Translations under genes and position numbers: made by a program
Shown here: one piece after another, positions 8,812 through 17,841 of the stretch
How positions within the stretch are numbered: position 1 is the stretch's first letter
How the letters are laid out: every line of letters begins with the position of its first letter
DNA from: Oscillospiraceae bacterium
Lineage (GTDB): Bacteria > Bacillota > Clostridia > Oscillospirales > Ruminococcaceae
Direction of reading: 5' to 3'
Assembly: GCA_019413245.1 (NCBI GenBank)
Contig: DXNX01000001.1
Coordinates: 1 to 54,579, forward strand
DNA length: 54,579 nucleotides
The notes under the pieces: generated by a model
The model's database searches: none
Told to the model about the DNA's origin: nothing
What the model saw: the letters and a program-made list of their open reading frames with translations, nothing else

Positions 8812-10365
8812 TCACATCAAAGGGCTGAACAGCCGCAGCAGACAGTCCACACCGCGCACCGCCACCGACCGCACCTTGTACTGGTCGGTGACTTCCCGGC
8901 TCTGGGCGTACAGCTCCACAAAGTCCTTCTGTACGTCCTTCACCGCCCCGCAGCCCGAGAACCAGCAGGCATTCTCAAAATGCAGGTAGAGGCTGCGGTA
9001 ATCCAGATTGATAGTGCCCACCACCGCAGCCTTGTCATCGGCCACCGCCTGTTTGGCGTGGATAAAGCCGGGGGTATACTCAAAAATGCGCACCCCGTGG
9101 GCCGCCAGACGGGCGTAATGGCTACGGGTAACCCGGTATACCATCTTTTTATCCGGAATGCCCGGGGTCACGATGCGCACATCCACCCCGCGGCGGGCCG
9201 CCAGGGTCAGCGCCCGCTGCATCTCATCGCTGATGATGAGGTACGGGGTGGTCAGCCACACATACCGGTCGGCGTGGGTGATGAGGTTGATATACACGTT
9301 CTCCCCCACGGGCTCTTCATCCAGCGGGTTGTCGGCATAGGGCACCACTACGGCATCCGAACGGCAGATGGTCTGTACCGGCGGCAGGAAAGGCGCCGGG
9401 TCGATGGGTTCTTTCTGGGTTGCGCCCCACATCTGCAGGAAAATCAGGGTCAGGCCCCGGACCGCATCCCCTTCCAGACGCAGGCCGGTATCCTTCCAGG
9501 TCCCATAGGGATGGGTCAGGTTGAAGTATTCGTCCGCCAGGTTGTACCCGCCGGTGAAACCGATCTTGCCGTCCACCACCGTGATCTTGCGGTGGTCGCG
9601 GTTGTTCATGATGATGTTCATGGCCGGGACCAGCGGGTTGAAGACCCGGCACTGAATCCCATGGGCACGCAGGCGCTGGGCAAAGGGCGGGCTGATAAAG
9701 CCCATGCTGCCCACATCGTCGTAGAACACCCGCACATCCACCCCTGCGGCGGCCCGCTCCACCAGAATGTCTTCCAGGCTGTGCCAGGCGGTGGAATCCT
9801 CGATGGCATGGTATTCCATGAAAATGAAGTGCTGTGCGCTGCGCAGGGCTTCCTGCTGGGCTTCCAGCGCCTCGTTGGTATCGCCGTAGAAGCGCACTTC
9901 CGTGTTGTGGTAGACGGGATATCTGGCGGTATTCTGCAGGTATTTCACCTGTCCGGCCAGGTCAGGTGCGGCCGCCTGCAAAGCATCCGTGACCGGCCGG
10001 CCCGATTCCACTTCCAGCTGCCGGGCCGGGTCCAGAGCCCGGTCGGCGCCCCGCAGACGGCGGCGAAGCGGCCATACAGCCACCGACTGGCCGAACAGCA
10101 GGTACAGGCAGGTGCCCAGAACCGGGAACAGCAGGATCAGAATGATCCAGCTCAGGCGGAACGCCGAGTTCATATTGCGGCCATACACGGTAAATACAAC
10201 CAGCAGAGCCAGCAAGCTGGATGCCAGCTGAATAACGGCATAATACCGGGTCAGATACAGGGCAAAGCCCAGAATCCACCCCACCTGCAGCAGAACGGAC
10301 AGGGCCACAAAGGCTGCCCGGCCAATGCTGTTGGGAATCTGCTGACGCTTTTCTTCGGTCTGCAT
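8812..10365 (-). CDS. cls: Cardiolipin synthase
   Basis: N-terminal TM helices; two PLD motifs RDHRKITVVDG and FIHAKQAVADD; GTINLDYRS. Confidence 0.95.
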   Translation of the reverse strand: MQTEEKRQQIPNSIGRAAFVALSVLLQVGWILGFALYLTRYYAVIQLASSLLALLVVFTVYGRNMNSAFRLSWIILILLFPVLGTCLYLLFGQSVAVWPLRRRLRGADRALDPARQLEVESGRPVTDALQAAAPDLAGQVKYLQNTARYPVYHNTEVRFYGDTNEALEAQQEALRSAQHFIFMEYHAIEDSTAWHSLEDILVERAAAGVDVRVFYDDVGSMGFISPPFAQRLRAHGIQCRVFNPLVPAMNIIMNNRDHRKITVVDGKIGFTGGYNLADEYFNLTHPYGTWKDTGLRLEGDAVRGLTLIFLQMWGATQKEPIDPAPFLPPVQTICRSDAVVVPYADNPLDEEPVGENVYINLITHADRYVWLTTPYLIISDEMQRALTLAARRGVDVRIVTPGIPDKKMVYRVTRSHYARLAAHGVRIFEYTPGFIHAKQAVADDKAAVVGTINLDYRSLYLHFENACWFSGCGAVKDVQKDFVELYAQSREVTDQYKVRSVAVRGVDCLLRLFSPLM

Positions 10366-10465
10366 GGTAACACATCCTTTCGGTCCGCAGAGCGGGTTCC
10401 TGCTGCCATTGTAGCCCAAAAGTATGGCTTTGTAAATGGCGTATCCAGGTCCTTTTGCGGCCAAT

Positions 10466-10489
10466 AAAAAAGCCCCCGGAAACGGGGGC
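10466..10489 (-). terminator. Intrinsic terminator of the rpe-rlmA operon
   Basis: gcccccg/cgggggc stem with U6 on the minus strand, directly after the rlmA stop. Confidence 0.75.
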
Positions 10490-10496
10490 AACAGAT

Positions 10497-11336
10497 TCAG
10501 GATTCAGCCCGGCGGTACAGCAGGAAACGGAAACCGATCTCGGTTGTCAGTTCGGTGCAGGCCGCCAGACGGGCCGCGCCCTCGGTGGGCGTGTTGTAAT
10601 AGTAGGGCGTCATGGTAAAGAGCGCCTGGGCCATGGCATTGTCCAGGGTGACGGTGTCGGTGACGATGCGCTCCCCTGCCGGGACAAAGCCGGGATACTC
10701 GGTGCGAATGTCCGGATTTTCGTAAGGATTCTCGTACAGGACTTCCTTGAGTCCGAACAGATGCCGCGAAGTAGGCACCGCGTAGATCAGCAGTCCGCCG
10801 GGGCGCAGCATGCGGGAAAATTCCGCCGCCGCAAAGGGGGAAAAGACGTTGAGCAGGATGTCCGCCCATCCATCCTCCACCGGGGCACAAAAACTTCCCC
10901 CCACCGCAAAGGCTGCCTGGGGCACAAGTTTGGCCGCCAGACGCACCGCCGGTTTGGACAGGTCGAACCCGATAAGCTGGGCTTCCTGTCCGGCGGCTGT
11001 AAGCATATCCAATACCATGCGGTCATAGCTGCCTTCACCGCAGCCTGCATCCACGATATGCGGGGCCTGAAAGCCGGCCTGCACACACAGCTCCCCCAGT
11101 GCACGGCGGAACGGGTCATAGGCACCACTCTGCAAAAAAGCACGGCGGGCCGCCACCATGGCTTTCCCGTCGCCGGGATCGGCAGCGTGACGCTTCTGGA
11201 TGGGCAGCAGATTCACATACCCTTCCTTGGCAATGTCAAAGCTGTGGTTTTTGACACAGCGCAGCGTTCTGCCCCACAAGCCCAGGGGGCCGCCGCACAC
11301 CGGGCAGCGCAACCCGGACGCCTGTGCGGCGTTCAT
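10497..11336 (-). CDS. rlmA: 23S rRNA m1G745/G748 methyltransferase (RlmA family)
   Basis: Zn finger CPVC..C..NHSFDIAKEGYVNLL, SAM motif DAGCGEG, MTPYY. Confidence 0.88.
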   Translation of the reverse strand: MNAAQASGLRCPVCGGPLGLWGRTLRCVKNHSFDIAKEGYVNLLPIQKRHAADPGDGKAMVAARRAFLQSGAYDPFRRALGELCVQAGFQAPHIVDAGCGEGSYDRMVLDMLTAAGQEAQLIGFDLSKPAVRLAAKLVPQAAFAVGGSFCAPVEDGWADILLNVFSPFAAAEFSRMLRPGGLLIYAVPTSRHLFGLKEVLYENPYENPDIRTEYPGFVPAGERIVTDTVTLDNAMAQALFTMTPYYYNTPTEGAARLAACTELTTEIGFRFLLYRRAES

Positions 11337-11896
11337 TCGGCATCGGCCGGGGTCTCGGGTTCAGGGTCGCCCTCCACCGGCACGGTCACACCGCCGTGGG
11401 CGGCAATGTACTCTTCAAAATTGGCAAACTTCTGCTTGGGCGGACGGCGGGTGATCAGCAGCAGGCCCACGTCCTCGGTTTGGGGTTCGTGCCGGGTGCG
11501 GGAGGCCCCGGCACGGCGGCCGGGCTGGGATTCCGCCTGGCGGGTAGGGCGCTGTTCCTGAGGACGGCGCTGATTTTTGGGCTGAGCAGACTGCTGCGGC
11601 TGGGCCTGACGGCGTCCGCCGCTGTTCTGGTTGCTGCCCTGGCCGTTATTCTGGGGATTACGGCCCTTGCGGGGCTGTCCGTTTTTTTCGGCAGACTGTG
11701 CGTTTTTGGCGGCCGGCTGGGCATTCTTGCCCTGCTGCGGCTGCTGCGCCGCCTTGGCCGCGGCCTGCCCCTGCTGAGAACCGCCTCCCTGGCCGCCGCG
11801 GGAACGGCGGCGACGGCGGCGGTGCTGTTCCTGCTCGCCGGAGGCTTTCTCCTTATTCTGATTCTGCTGGGGTTGGGCGGGTTTCGTGTTCGGCAT
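11333..11896 (-). CDS. Q/R-rich low-complexity hypothetical protein
   Basis: GAGGAA RBS; poly-Arg and Gln-rich N-terminal part; C-terminal GLLLITRRPPKQKFANFEEYIAAHGG; ATGA overlap with rlmA. Confidence 0.75.
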   Translation of the reverse strand: MPNTKPAQPQQNQNKEKASGEQEQHRRRRRRSRGGQGGGSQQGQAAAKAAQQPQQGKNAQPAAKNAQSAEKNGQPRKGRNPQNNGQGSNQNSGGRRQAQPQQSAQPKNQRRPQEQRPTRQAESQPGRRAGASRTRHEPQTEDVGLLLITRRPPKQKFANFEEYIAAHGGVTVPVEGDPEPETPADAE

Positions 11897-11944
11897 TCGT
11901 ATTCCTCTTCTTCCTGCGGTACGGTGTCAGAAGTCGGGCGCCCC

Positions 11945-13219
11945 TTATACCAGGGCTCGGCATTCGTTGTAATAGCGTTTTTCCTCGGCATGGCCCATGC
12001 TGAAGGTCTTGCGCGGCAATACGCCGCCCAGTACCACACCGCGGAACAGATCTGCCTTTTCAAAGGGAGGCAGCAGAATGGCGGCGGCGTTCTCCCCCGC
12101 CAGGCTGCAGGCTGCCACCTGGCCGTGGATATAATCCACGCGGCAGGACGGATGGTCAGCGCACAGATCGGTGAGGAAAGCCTCCACCGTGCCCACAGCC
12201 AGAGGCTGGGGCGCATCGTCGAGGGTATATCTCCGGGCCATGGACGGTCCGAAGATGGTAAAGGTCTGCACCGGCATCCGGTTCGAGACCTTATGCTGTT
12301 CGTTCCAGGCATCGAAAGCCTGGCACAGCTCCTGGACGTTCATACCGAAAACCACCCGGTGGATGGGTTCGATCTCGATGGCCGGGGAATGAACGTTGCA
12401 GACTTCAGCCAGGCAGTACCGGGCCGGGTGTGTGGCCTGTTCTTCCGGCGTAAGTTTTCCTTTCAGTTCCTCCCAGTACGCCTTGGCGGTGGCCAGGGAG
12501 TGGTTGCCGTCCCCCACCGCCAGCACCATGGGCGGCTGTCCGGCTGCGGCAGGCCAGCGGGCGGCAAAGGCCTCGGCATCACCCAGCGCTTCCAGAGCCT
12601 TGTCGATCTGAGCAATGAGCGCCGGGTCTTCCACGGCCCAGCCAGCCAGATGACCGCCGCCCAGCATCAGGTCCCCGTCATACAGGCAAGGCAGTTCGGC
12701 CTTGCGGCGGCCGATGGGCTCGATGAGGGTGCAGTTTTCGTCATCAGCCAGCATCATCACATGGGGTGTTTCCAGCTCGGCCCCCCGGCGGATGGCCAGG
12801 CGCGGCGGAATGCGTTCCACCACCGTGTTCTCGCTGGGGCGGATGTCGGTTTTGGCGCCAGTCGCATAACTGTACGCTTCCAGATCCACCATGCCCACCA
12901 GCCCCTGGCGGATACTGCCGTCCAGCTGGGTCCGCTCCACATACACATAGCCGTGGATCGTGCGGGTCAGCACATGGCGACGGTATTCTGTCATAGTGGT
13001 GCGAATCTGCTTCAGCCTCTCCCCCTCCCCGGGCGTGCCCAGGTAGGCTTCGGGCAGAACGATATGCAGGGTGCTGGGTTTCCCGGCGGCACACTGTTCC
13101 GCGCGCTGCCAGTAATCGGGCTGAGAGGTGAACTGATCGACCGCAATGCAGGCCCACGGGTCCAGCGGGACCGAGGCATCGGGCAGCAGAATATCAGCCG
13201 GCAGAAAGCAGTTGGACAT
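11945..13219 (-). CDS. DUF1015 family protein
   Basis: DQFTS, IRPSENTVVERIPPR, GDGNHSLATAK, DYIHG, LPRKTFSMGHAEEKRYY. Confidence 0.88.
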   Translation of the reverse strand: MSNCFLPADILLPDASVPLDPWACIAVDQFTSQPDYWQRAEQCAAGKPSTLHIVLPEAYLGTPGEGERLKQIRTTMTEYRRHVLTRTIHGYVYVERTQLDGSIRQGLVGMVDLEAYSYATGAKTDIRPSENTVVERIPPRLAIRRGAELETPHVMMLADDENCTLIEPIGRRKAELPCLYDGDLMLGGGHLAGWAVEDPALIAQIDKALEALGDAEAFAARWPAAAGQPPMVLAVGDGNHSLATAKAYWEELKGKLTPEEQATHPARYCLAEVCNVHSPAIEIEPIHRVVFGMNVQELCQAFDAWNEQHKVSNRMPVQTFTIFGPSMARRYTLDDAPQPLAVGTVEAFLTDLCADHPSCRVDYIHGQVAACSLAGENAAAILLPPFEKADLFRGVVLGGVLPRKTFSMGHAEEKRYYNECRALV

Positions 13220-13259
13220 TGGTATCAACTCCGATCGGAAGATGGACTGTTATACCGGG

Positions 13260-13910
13260 TCAGCGGGCCACACCGTGGCCTACCAGCCCGTAAATGGCCA
13301 GAGACAGGATGCCGATATAGATCAGGTAGCTGGGCAGGCCGCGGAAAATGGCGGGCACATCCTTACTGCCCAGACGGCGGCGGCCCTCGTCCACAACGAG
13401 CACCGCAAACAGGTAGCCCAGTCCGCTGCCCAGACCGAAAGCAGTGCACTGCAGCAGGTCATAGTTCTGGTTGGCGCACAGCAGCAGCGTACCCAGCACA
13501 CTGCAGGTGCAGGTGGCCAGAGGCAGCTGCTCCCGGCAGGCCGTGCGATGGGCAGCGGGCAGAATGCCCAGCAGCACCCACACCACCGCCATGGCAATGA
13601 CAGCGCAGGTCAGGTACAGGATCGGGCGCAGAGAGGCAATGGGCAGCCAGTCCGGCAGGTACAGGCGCAGAACCGGCGAGACATAGACCATGCAGGCCCA
13701 GCCCAGCGGTGCGCTGAACAGCTGCACCAGAATGACCGGCGTACAGTACTGCCAGGTGCGCACATCGGGGTCGCCCACCAGTTTGATCAGGCGGGACACG
13801 CCCATAGCGCGGGAGAACACAACGTTCTCCGCGAATACGGCCAGAATGGCGTAGGAGATGAACTGCGCCACGCCCTGGAGAACCGTGAGTTCAGTGCTTA
13901 CGGTCAGCAT
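13260..13910 (-). CDS. Divergent RnfA/NqrE-like membrane protein
   Basis: ENVVFSRAMG, LPLATCTCSVLG, GLGSGLGY, VPAIFRGLP, GILSLA; GGAGGAGG RBS. Confidence 0.8.
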   Translation of the reverse strand: MLTVSTELTVLQGVAQFISYAILAVFAENVVFSRAMGVSRLIKLVGDPDVRTWQYCTPVILVQLFSAPLGWACMVYVSPVLRLYLPDWLPIASLRPILYLTCAVIAMAVVWVLLGILPAAHRTACREQLPLATCTCSVLGTLLLCANQNYDLLQCTAFGLGSGLGYLFAVLVVDEGRRRLGSKDVPAIFRGLPSYLIYIGILSLAIYGLVGHGVAR

Positions 13911-14820
13911 ACAGGTGACGCACCTCCTCCTGTTTATAATGCACATAGGCACCGCCGATGGCCGTCCACCCGGCCGCCAGCAGACCCAGCAGCAGGAAAC
14001 CGCCCGCCGGCTGGGCAGCCAGAGGCAGCAGTCCCACCGACAGCAGAGTCTTGCCGTACACCGAGCCGTAGGCCAGCAGTTCGCGCAGGCCGCCCACCAG
14101 CAGAATGGCAATGCACAGACCGATGGTGTTGTTGATGCCTTTGCGGAAAGCTTCGCCGATGGTTTCCAGTTCGGTGGCTTCCATGCGTTTGACGATGACA
14201 GGCTCCACCACCATCATGGGCAGATAGATCCCCATAATGGAAAGGTCGGTGCCGAAGATCGCATACATGATGATATATACCGGGATATACATGATGGCAG
14301 CCGAGTAGGCATACACCACCGGGCGGAAGCGGTTGCCGGTCAGATGGCAGATGGCCACGGCCAGCACACGGGTAGTGGTAAGCAGCAGAATGGACAGCAT
14401 ACACAGCATCAGAGCGCGGTCGCCGTCACTGGCCATGGCCACGATGGGCGCCAGGCCCAGGCCGCGGACCATAACCGGGTTGTTCAGCCACAGATGGTCG
14501 TCATGGATGCTCTGGGCCAGTTCGGCCTCCGCCTCGGCGCGGGTCTTGCGGGCCTTTGCCTGGGGTTTTGGCTGGGGTTTCGGCTGCACGGCCTGCTGTT
14601 CGGCCGTGGACTGGGCTGCCTGCTGGGCAGCCGCTGCCGCAGCGGCCTCCTCGTCAATCTGCTGCGGGGTCTTTCCCTCGGCAGCGGCGCGGCGGGCACG
14701 TTCCAGCACCTCGGGAGAGAGCTGGGGAATAATAACGGTCTGGGAATGTTCCGGCTGGTTTTTCTTGCGCGCGGGGCGTCCTGCCGGCTTAGAGGATTTC
14801 CGGGTTTGCTCGTTTTGCAA
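13891..14820 (-). CDS. Divergent RnfE/NqrD-like membrane protein with ~100-aa N-terminal extension
   Basis: NNPVMVRGLGLAP, GIYLPMMVV, GGLRELLAYG, PAGGFLLLG; TTG start with AAGGAGG RBS. Confidence 0.8.
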   Translation of the reverse strand: MQNEQTRKSSKPAGRPARKKNQPEHSQTVIIPQLSPEVLERARRAAAEGKTPQQIDEEAAAAAAAQQAAQSTAEQQAVQPKPQPKPQAKARKTRAEAEAELAQSIHDDHLWLNNPVMVRGLGLAPIVAMASDGDRALMLCMLSILLLTTTRVLAVAICHLTGNRFRPVVYAYSAAIMYIPVYIIMYAIFGTDLSIMGIYLPMMVVEPVIVKRMEATELETIGEAFRKGINNTIGLCIAILLVGGLRELLAYGSVYGKTLLSVGLLPLAAQPAGGFLLLGLLAAGWTAIGGAYVHYKQEEVRHLYADRKH

Positions 14821-15814
14821 GCCGTTTCGCCTCCTTCTTCATGAACTTCATGCGCTCGGCACGGCGGGAAACACGGTCCAGCCACTCGGGCACAGCACCG
14901 ACGATCAGCAGCGCAAAGCAAACACCGGTCTCATAGACGGTATTGTAGCGGAATACCGTGGTCGCCACACCCAGAAGCAGTCCGTAAATCAACCGGCTGG
15001 TAAAACGGTTGGGCTGGGTAACCGGTTCACAGATCAGGAACACACCGCCGAAGGCCATACCGCCGGTGAGCAGGATATACTTTTCCAGATAAACACGCTG
15101 GCGGATGAACTCCCAGGGGAAGCTGAAGGCCGGCAGATCGTTCAGATTGGGCAGCAGCCAGGGCACCGCCACGCAGACGATGAGATACGGGATCAGGGTG
15201 GACAGCTGCAGATGGCCACGGCAGAGCAGGAACAGCCCGCAGGCCACAATGACCAGGAACGCACCGGTGCCCAGAGGGCCGCTGACATTGCCGGTGAGCA
15301 GGTTCATGGTGGTGGCCGAAGGCAGACCGCCGCTGGACAGCGTGGTATTCATACCGGCCGTGAGACCGTCGGATGCAGCGCCCCACAGGGGCAGCACCGT
15401 GCCGGGGGCCGGATAGCGGGTCATCTGGTCGGGCCAGGAAAGGGCCGCTACCGCCACGCCCACCGCGGCCGGGTGGAAGGGATAGTGTCCTTCACCGCCG
15501 AAGGTCTCCTTGATCAGCACTGCCACGATAACCGCAGCAACGACCATGAAATAGGATACCGATGCCGGCATCATGAGCACGATCAGTGCGGCAAAGCATT
15601 CACTGGAAGGTTCGTGCGGCCGGTAGCCCGCGCCATGCAGCGGGGTAACCAGGCAGTCGCAGACATACGCGGTGAACAGACCCACCAGCATGAGCAGAAT
15701 CGGCCGCGGACCGTAGAAAAACCAGGCCATGGCCATGAGCGGGACGCAGCACCACAGTACGTCTGCATAATAATCATAATTGGCGCTTCGCTCAATCTTG
15801 TTTCGGTTTGGCAT
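14789..15814 (-). CDS. Divergent RnfD/NqrB-like membrane protein
   Basis: KETFGGEGHYPFHPAAVG, GNVSGPLG, GGVFLICEPVTQP, IYGLLLG, GVCFALL. Confidence 0.82.
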   Translation of the reverse strand: MPNRNKIERSANYDYYADVLWCCVPLMAMAWFFYGPRPILLMLVGLFTAYVCDCLVTPLHGAGYRPHEPSSECFAALIVLMMPASVSYFMVVAAVIVAVLIKETFGGEGHYPFHPAAVGVAVAALSWPDQMTRYPAPGTVLPLWGAASDGLTAGMNTTLSSGGLPSATTMNLLTGNVSGPLGTGAFLVIVACGLFLLCRGHLQLSTLIPYLIVCVAVPWLLPNLNDLPAFSFPWEFIRQRVYLEKYILLTGGMAFGGVFLICEPVTQPNRFTSRLIYGLLLGVATTVFRYNTVYETGVCFALLIVGAVPEWLDRVSRRAERMKFMKKEAKRLAKRANPEIL

Positions 15815-15853
15815 AAGCTCTCCTTTGCTGCCCGGCCTGCGGGCGGCGATTGC

Positions 15854-16516
15854 TTACAGGGCGTGGATGCCCGCCGCCATGGCGGACATATCGGGGGCTT
15901 TATACAGGGCACTGCCCACGACCAGCACATCGGCACCGGCCTGGGTGCACAGGGGCGCGGTCTGGGTATTGACCCCGCCGTCCACCTGCAGCATGGTCGA
16001 AAGGCCGCGGCGGTTCAGTTCAGCGCGCACGGCGGCCAGGCGTTCGGGCGTGCCGGGCAGGAAAGCCTGCCCGCCGAACCCGGGCTCCACACTCATGATG
16101 AGAACCAGGTCCACCTCGTCCAGGTAGGGGAACAGCTTTTCCACCAGGGTGCCGGGACGGATGCTCAGGCCGGTCTTACAGCCCAGTGAGCGGATGGTGC
16201 GCAGCACCCCCAGCGGGTCCCGGCTCACGCCCTCGGCTTCCAGATGGACCGTGATGAGATCCGCCCCCGCTGCGGCGAAATCCTTGGCAAAGAAGGCCGG
16301 ATCATCGATCATCAGGTGAACGTCATAGTAGGCATTGGGCAGGGCGTTGTGCAGGCATTTGAGCACCGGCGCACCGTAGCTGATGTTGGGTACAAAATGG
16401 CCGTCCATCACGTCGATGTGCAGCATGTCCGCACCCGCATCCAAAGCGGCACGGCTCTGGGCGGCCAGATTGGCCAGGTCGGCTGAAAGAACCGACACGC
16501 TCAGTTTTGTTTGCAT
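15854..16516 (-). CDS. rpe: Ribulose-phosphate 3-epimerase
   Basis: LHIDVMDGHFVPN, DVHLMI, MSVEPGFGGQ, VDGGV. Confidence 0.97.
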   Translation of the reverse strand: MQTKLSVSVLSADLANLAAQSRAALDAGADMLHIDVMDGHFVPNISYGAPVLKCLHNALPNAYYDVHLMIDDPAFFAKDFAAAGADLITVHLEAEGVSRDPLGVLRTIRSLGCKTGLSIRPGTLVEKLFPYLDEVDLVLIMSVEPGFGGQAFLPGTPERLAAVRAELNRRGLSTMLQVDGGVNTQTAPLCTQAGADVLVVGSALYKAPDMSAMAAGIHAL

Positions 16517-16585
16517 AGTTCAATTCCTTTTTCCTGTTACATTCTTTCCCACGCGGGCACCCCCGCGCATACTCATACATGTTTT

Positions 16586-16614
16586 ATTGTACCGTAACAC
16601 AGCACAAAAATCAA
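16586..16614 (-). promoter_or_regulatory. SigA-type promoter for rpe operon
   Basis: Minus strand TTGATT-N17-TACAAT. Confidence 0.65.
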
Positions 16615-16640
16615 ATATTTATCGCGATGCCCTGTTTGGA

Positions 16641-16684
16641 AAATCAGGCGGCAGCCCCATGTTGACGGGGCTGCCGCCTGATTT
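16641..16684 (-). terminator. Terminator after glf
   Basis: Perfect 18-bp inverted repeat aaatcaggcggcagcccc/ggggctgccgcctgattt. Confidence 0.8.
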
Positions 16685-16704
16685 GTGAAAATTTCAGGAA
16701 CCGA

Positions 16705-17841
16705 TTACTTGCCGTACTGGTTGATCTTGTCCAGCTGCACATGGACGCAGTCCAGAGCGCTCTCGATAACCTTGTCCATATCGTAGTAACGATATTCACC
16801 CAGACGGCCGCCGAACACCACATGAGGCTCGGCATCGGCCATGGCCTTGTACCGGTCATACAGTGCGTTGTTCTGTTCGTCGTTGACCGGGTAGTACGGC
16901 TCATCGCCGGGTTTCCATTCGGCAGAATACTCACGGCTGATGACCGTCTTGGTGCCGGGCTCGGTGGAGCCGAACTCGAAGTGCTTGTGCTCGATGATGC
17001 GGGTGTAGGGGGTCTCGGCGTCGGTGTAGTTGATGACAGCGTTGCCCTGATAGTTGGGGCAGTTGAGGACCTCGGTCTCAAAACGGACGCTGCGGTACTG
17101 CAGGGCGCCCAGCGCATAGTCAAAGTAAGCATCGATGGGGCCGGTGTAGATGACACGGCCGGCCAGCGCATCCAGCTCGGCCTTGTCCTTCAGGTAATTG
17201 ACGCCCAGGCGGACCTCGATGCCATGGAGCATCTTTTCCACCATGGCGGTGTAGCCACCGTTGGGAATGCCCTGATACAGAGCGTTGAAATAGTTGTTGT
17301 CAAAGGTCAGGCGCACCGGCAGGCGCTTGATGATGAAGGCAGGCAGCTGGTCGCAGGGACGGCCCCACTGCTTTTCGGTGTATCCCTTGATGAGCTTTTC
17401 GTAGATGTCGGTGCCCACCAGGTTGATGGCCTGCTCTTCCAGGTTCTTGGGTTCCGCGGTAAAATGAGCGGCCCGCTGCTCCGCGATCTTGGTGGCAGCC
17501 TCGGCCGGAGTGACCACGCCCCACATCTTGTTGAAGGTGTTCATATTGAAGGGCATGTTGTACAGCTCGCCCTTGTAGTTGGCCACCGGAGAGTTGGTGT
17601 ACCGGTTGAACACCGCAAAATTGTTCACATAATCCCACACCTTTTTATTGTTGGTATGGAAGATATGGGCGCCATATTTGTGGACGTTGATGCCCTCGAT
17701 ATTTTCGGTGTAGATGTTGCCGGCAATGTGGTCGCGCTTATCGATCACAAGGCAGGTGCGGCCGGCCTTGGTGGCCTCATGGGCAAACACCGCACCGAAC
17801 AGACCGGCACCGACGATCAGATAATCATATTGTTTGGACAT
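16705..17841 (-). CDS. glf: UDP-galactopyranose mutase
   Basis: GAGLFG, HKYGAHIFHT, YTEKQWG, PYYPVND, GRLGEYRYYDMD. Confidence 0.97.
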   Translation of the reverse strand: MSKQYDYLIVGAGLFGAVFAHEATKAGRTCLVIDKRDHIAGNIYTENIEGINVHKYGAHIFHTNNKKVWDYVNNFAVFNRYTNSPVANYKGELYNMPFNMNTFNKMWGVVTPAEAATKIAEQRAAHFTAEPKNLEEQAINLVGTDIYEKLIKGYTEKQWGRPCDQLPAFIIKRLPVRLTFDNNYFNALYQGIPNGGYTAMVEKMLHGIEVRLGVNYLKDKAELDALAGRVIYTGPIDAYFDYALGALQYRSVRFETEVLNCPNYQGNAVINYTDAETPYTRIIEHKHFEFGSTEPGTKTVISREYSAEWKPGDEPYYPVNDEQNNALYDRYKAMADAEPHVVFGGRLGEYRYYDMDKVIESALDCVHVQLDKINQYGK

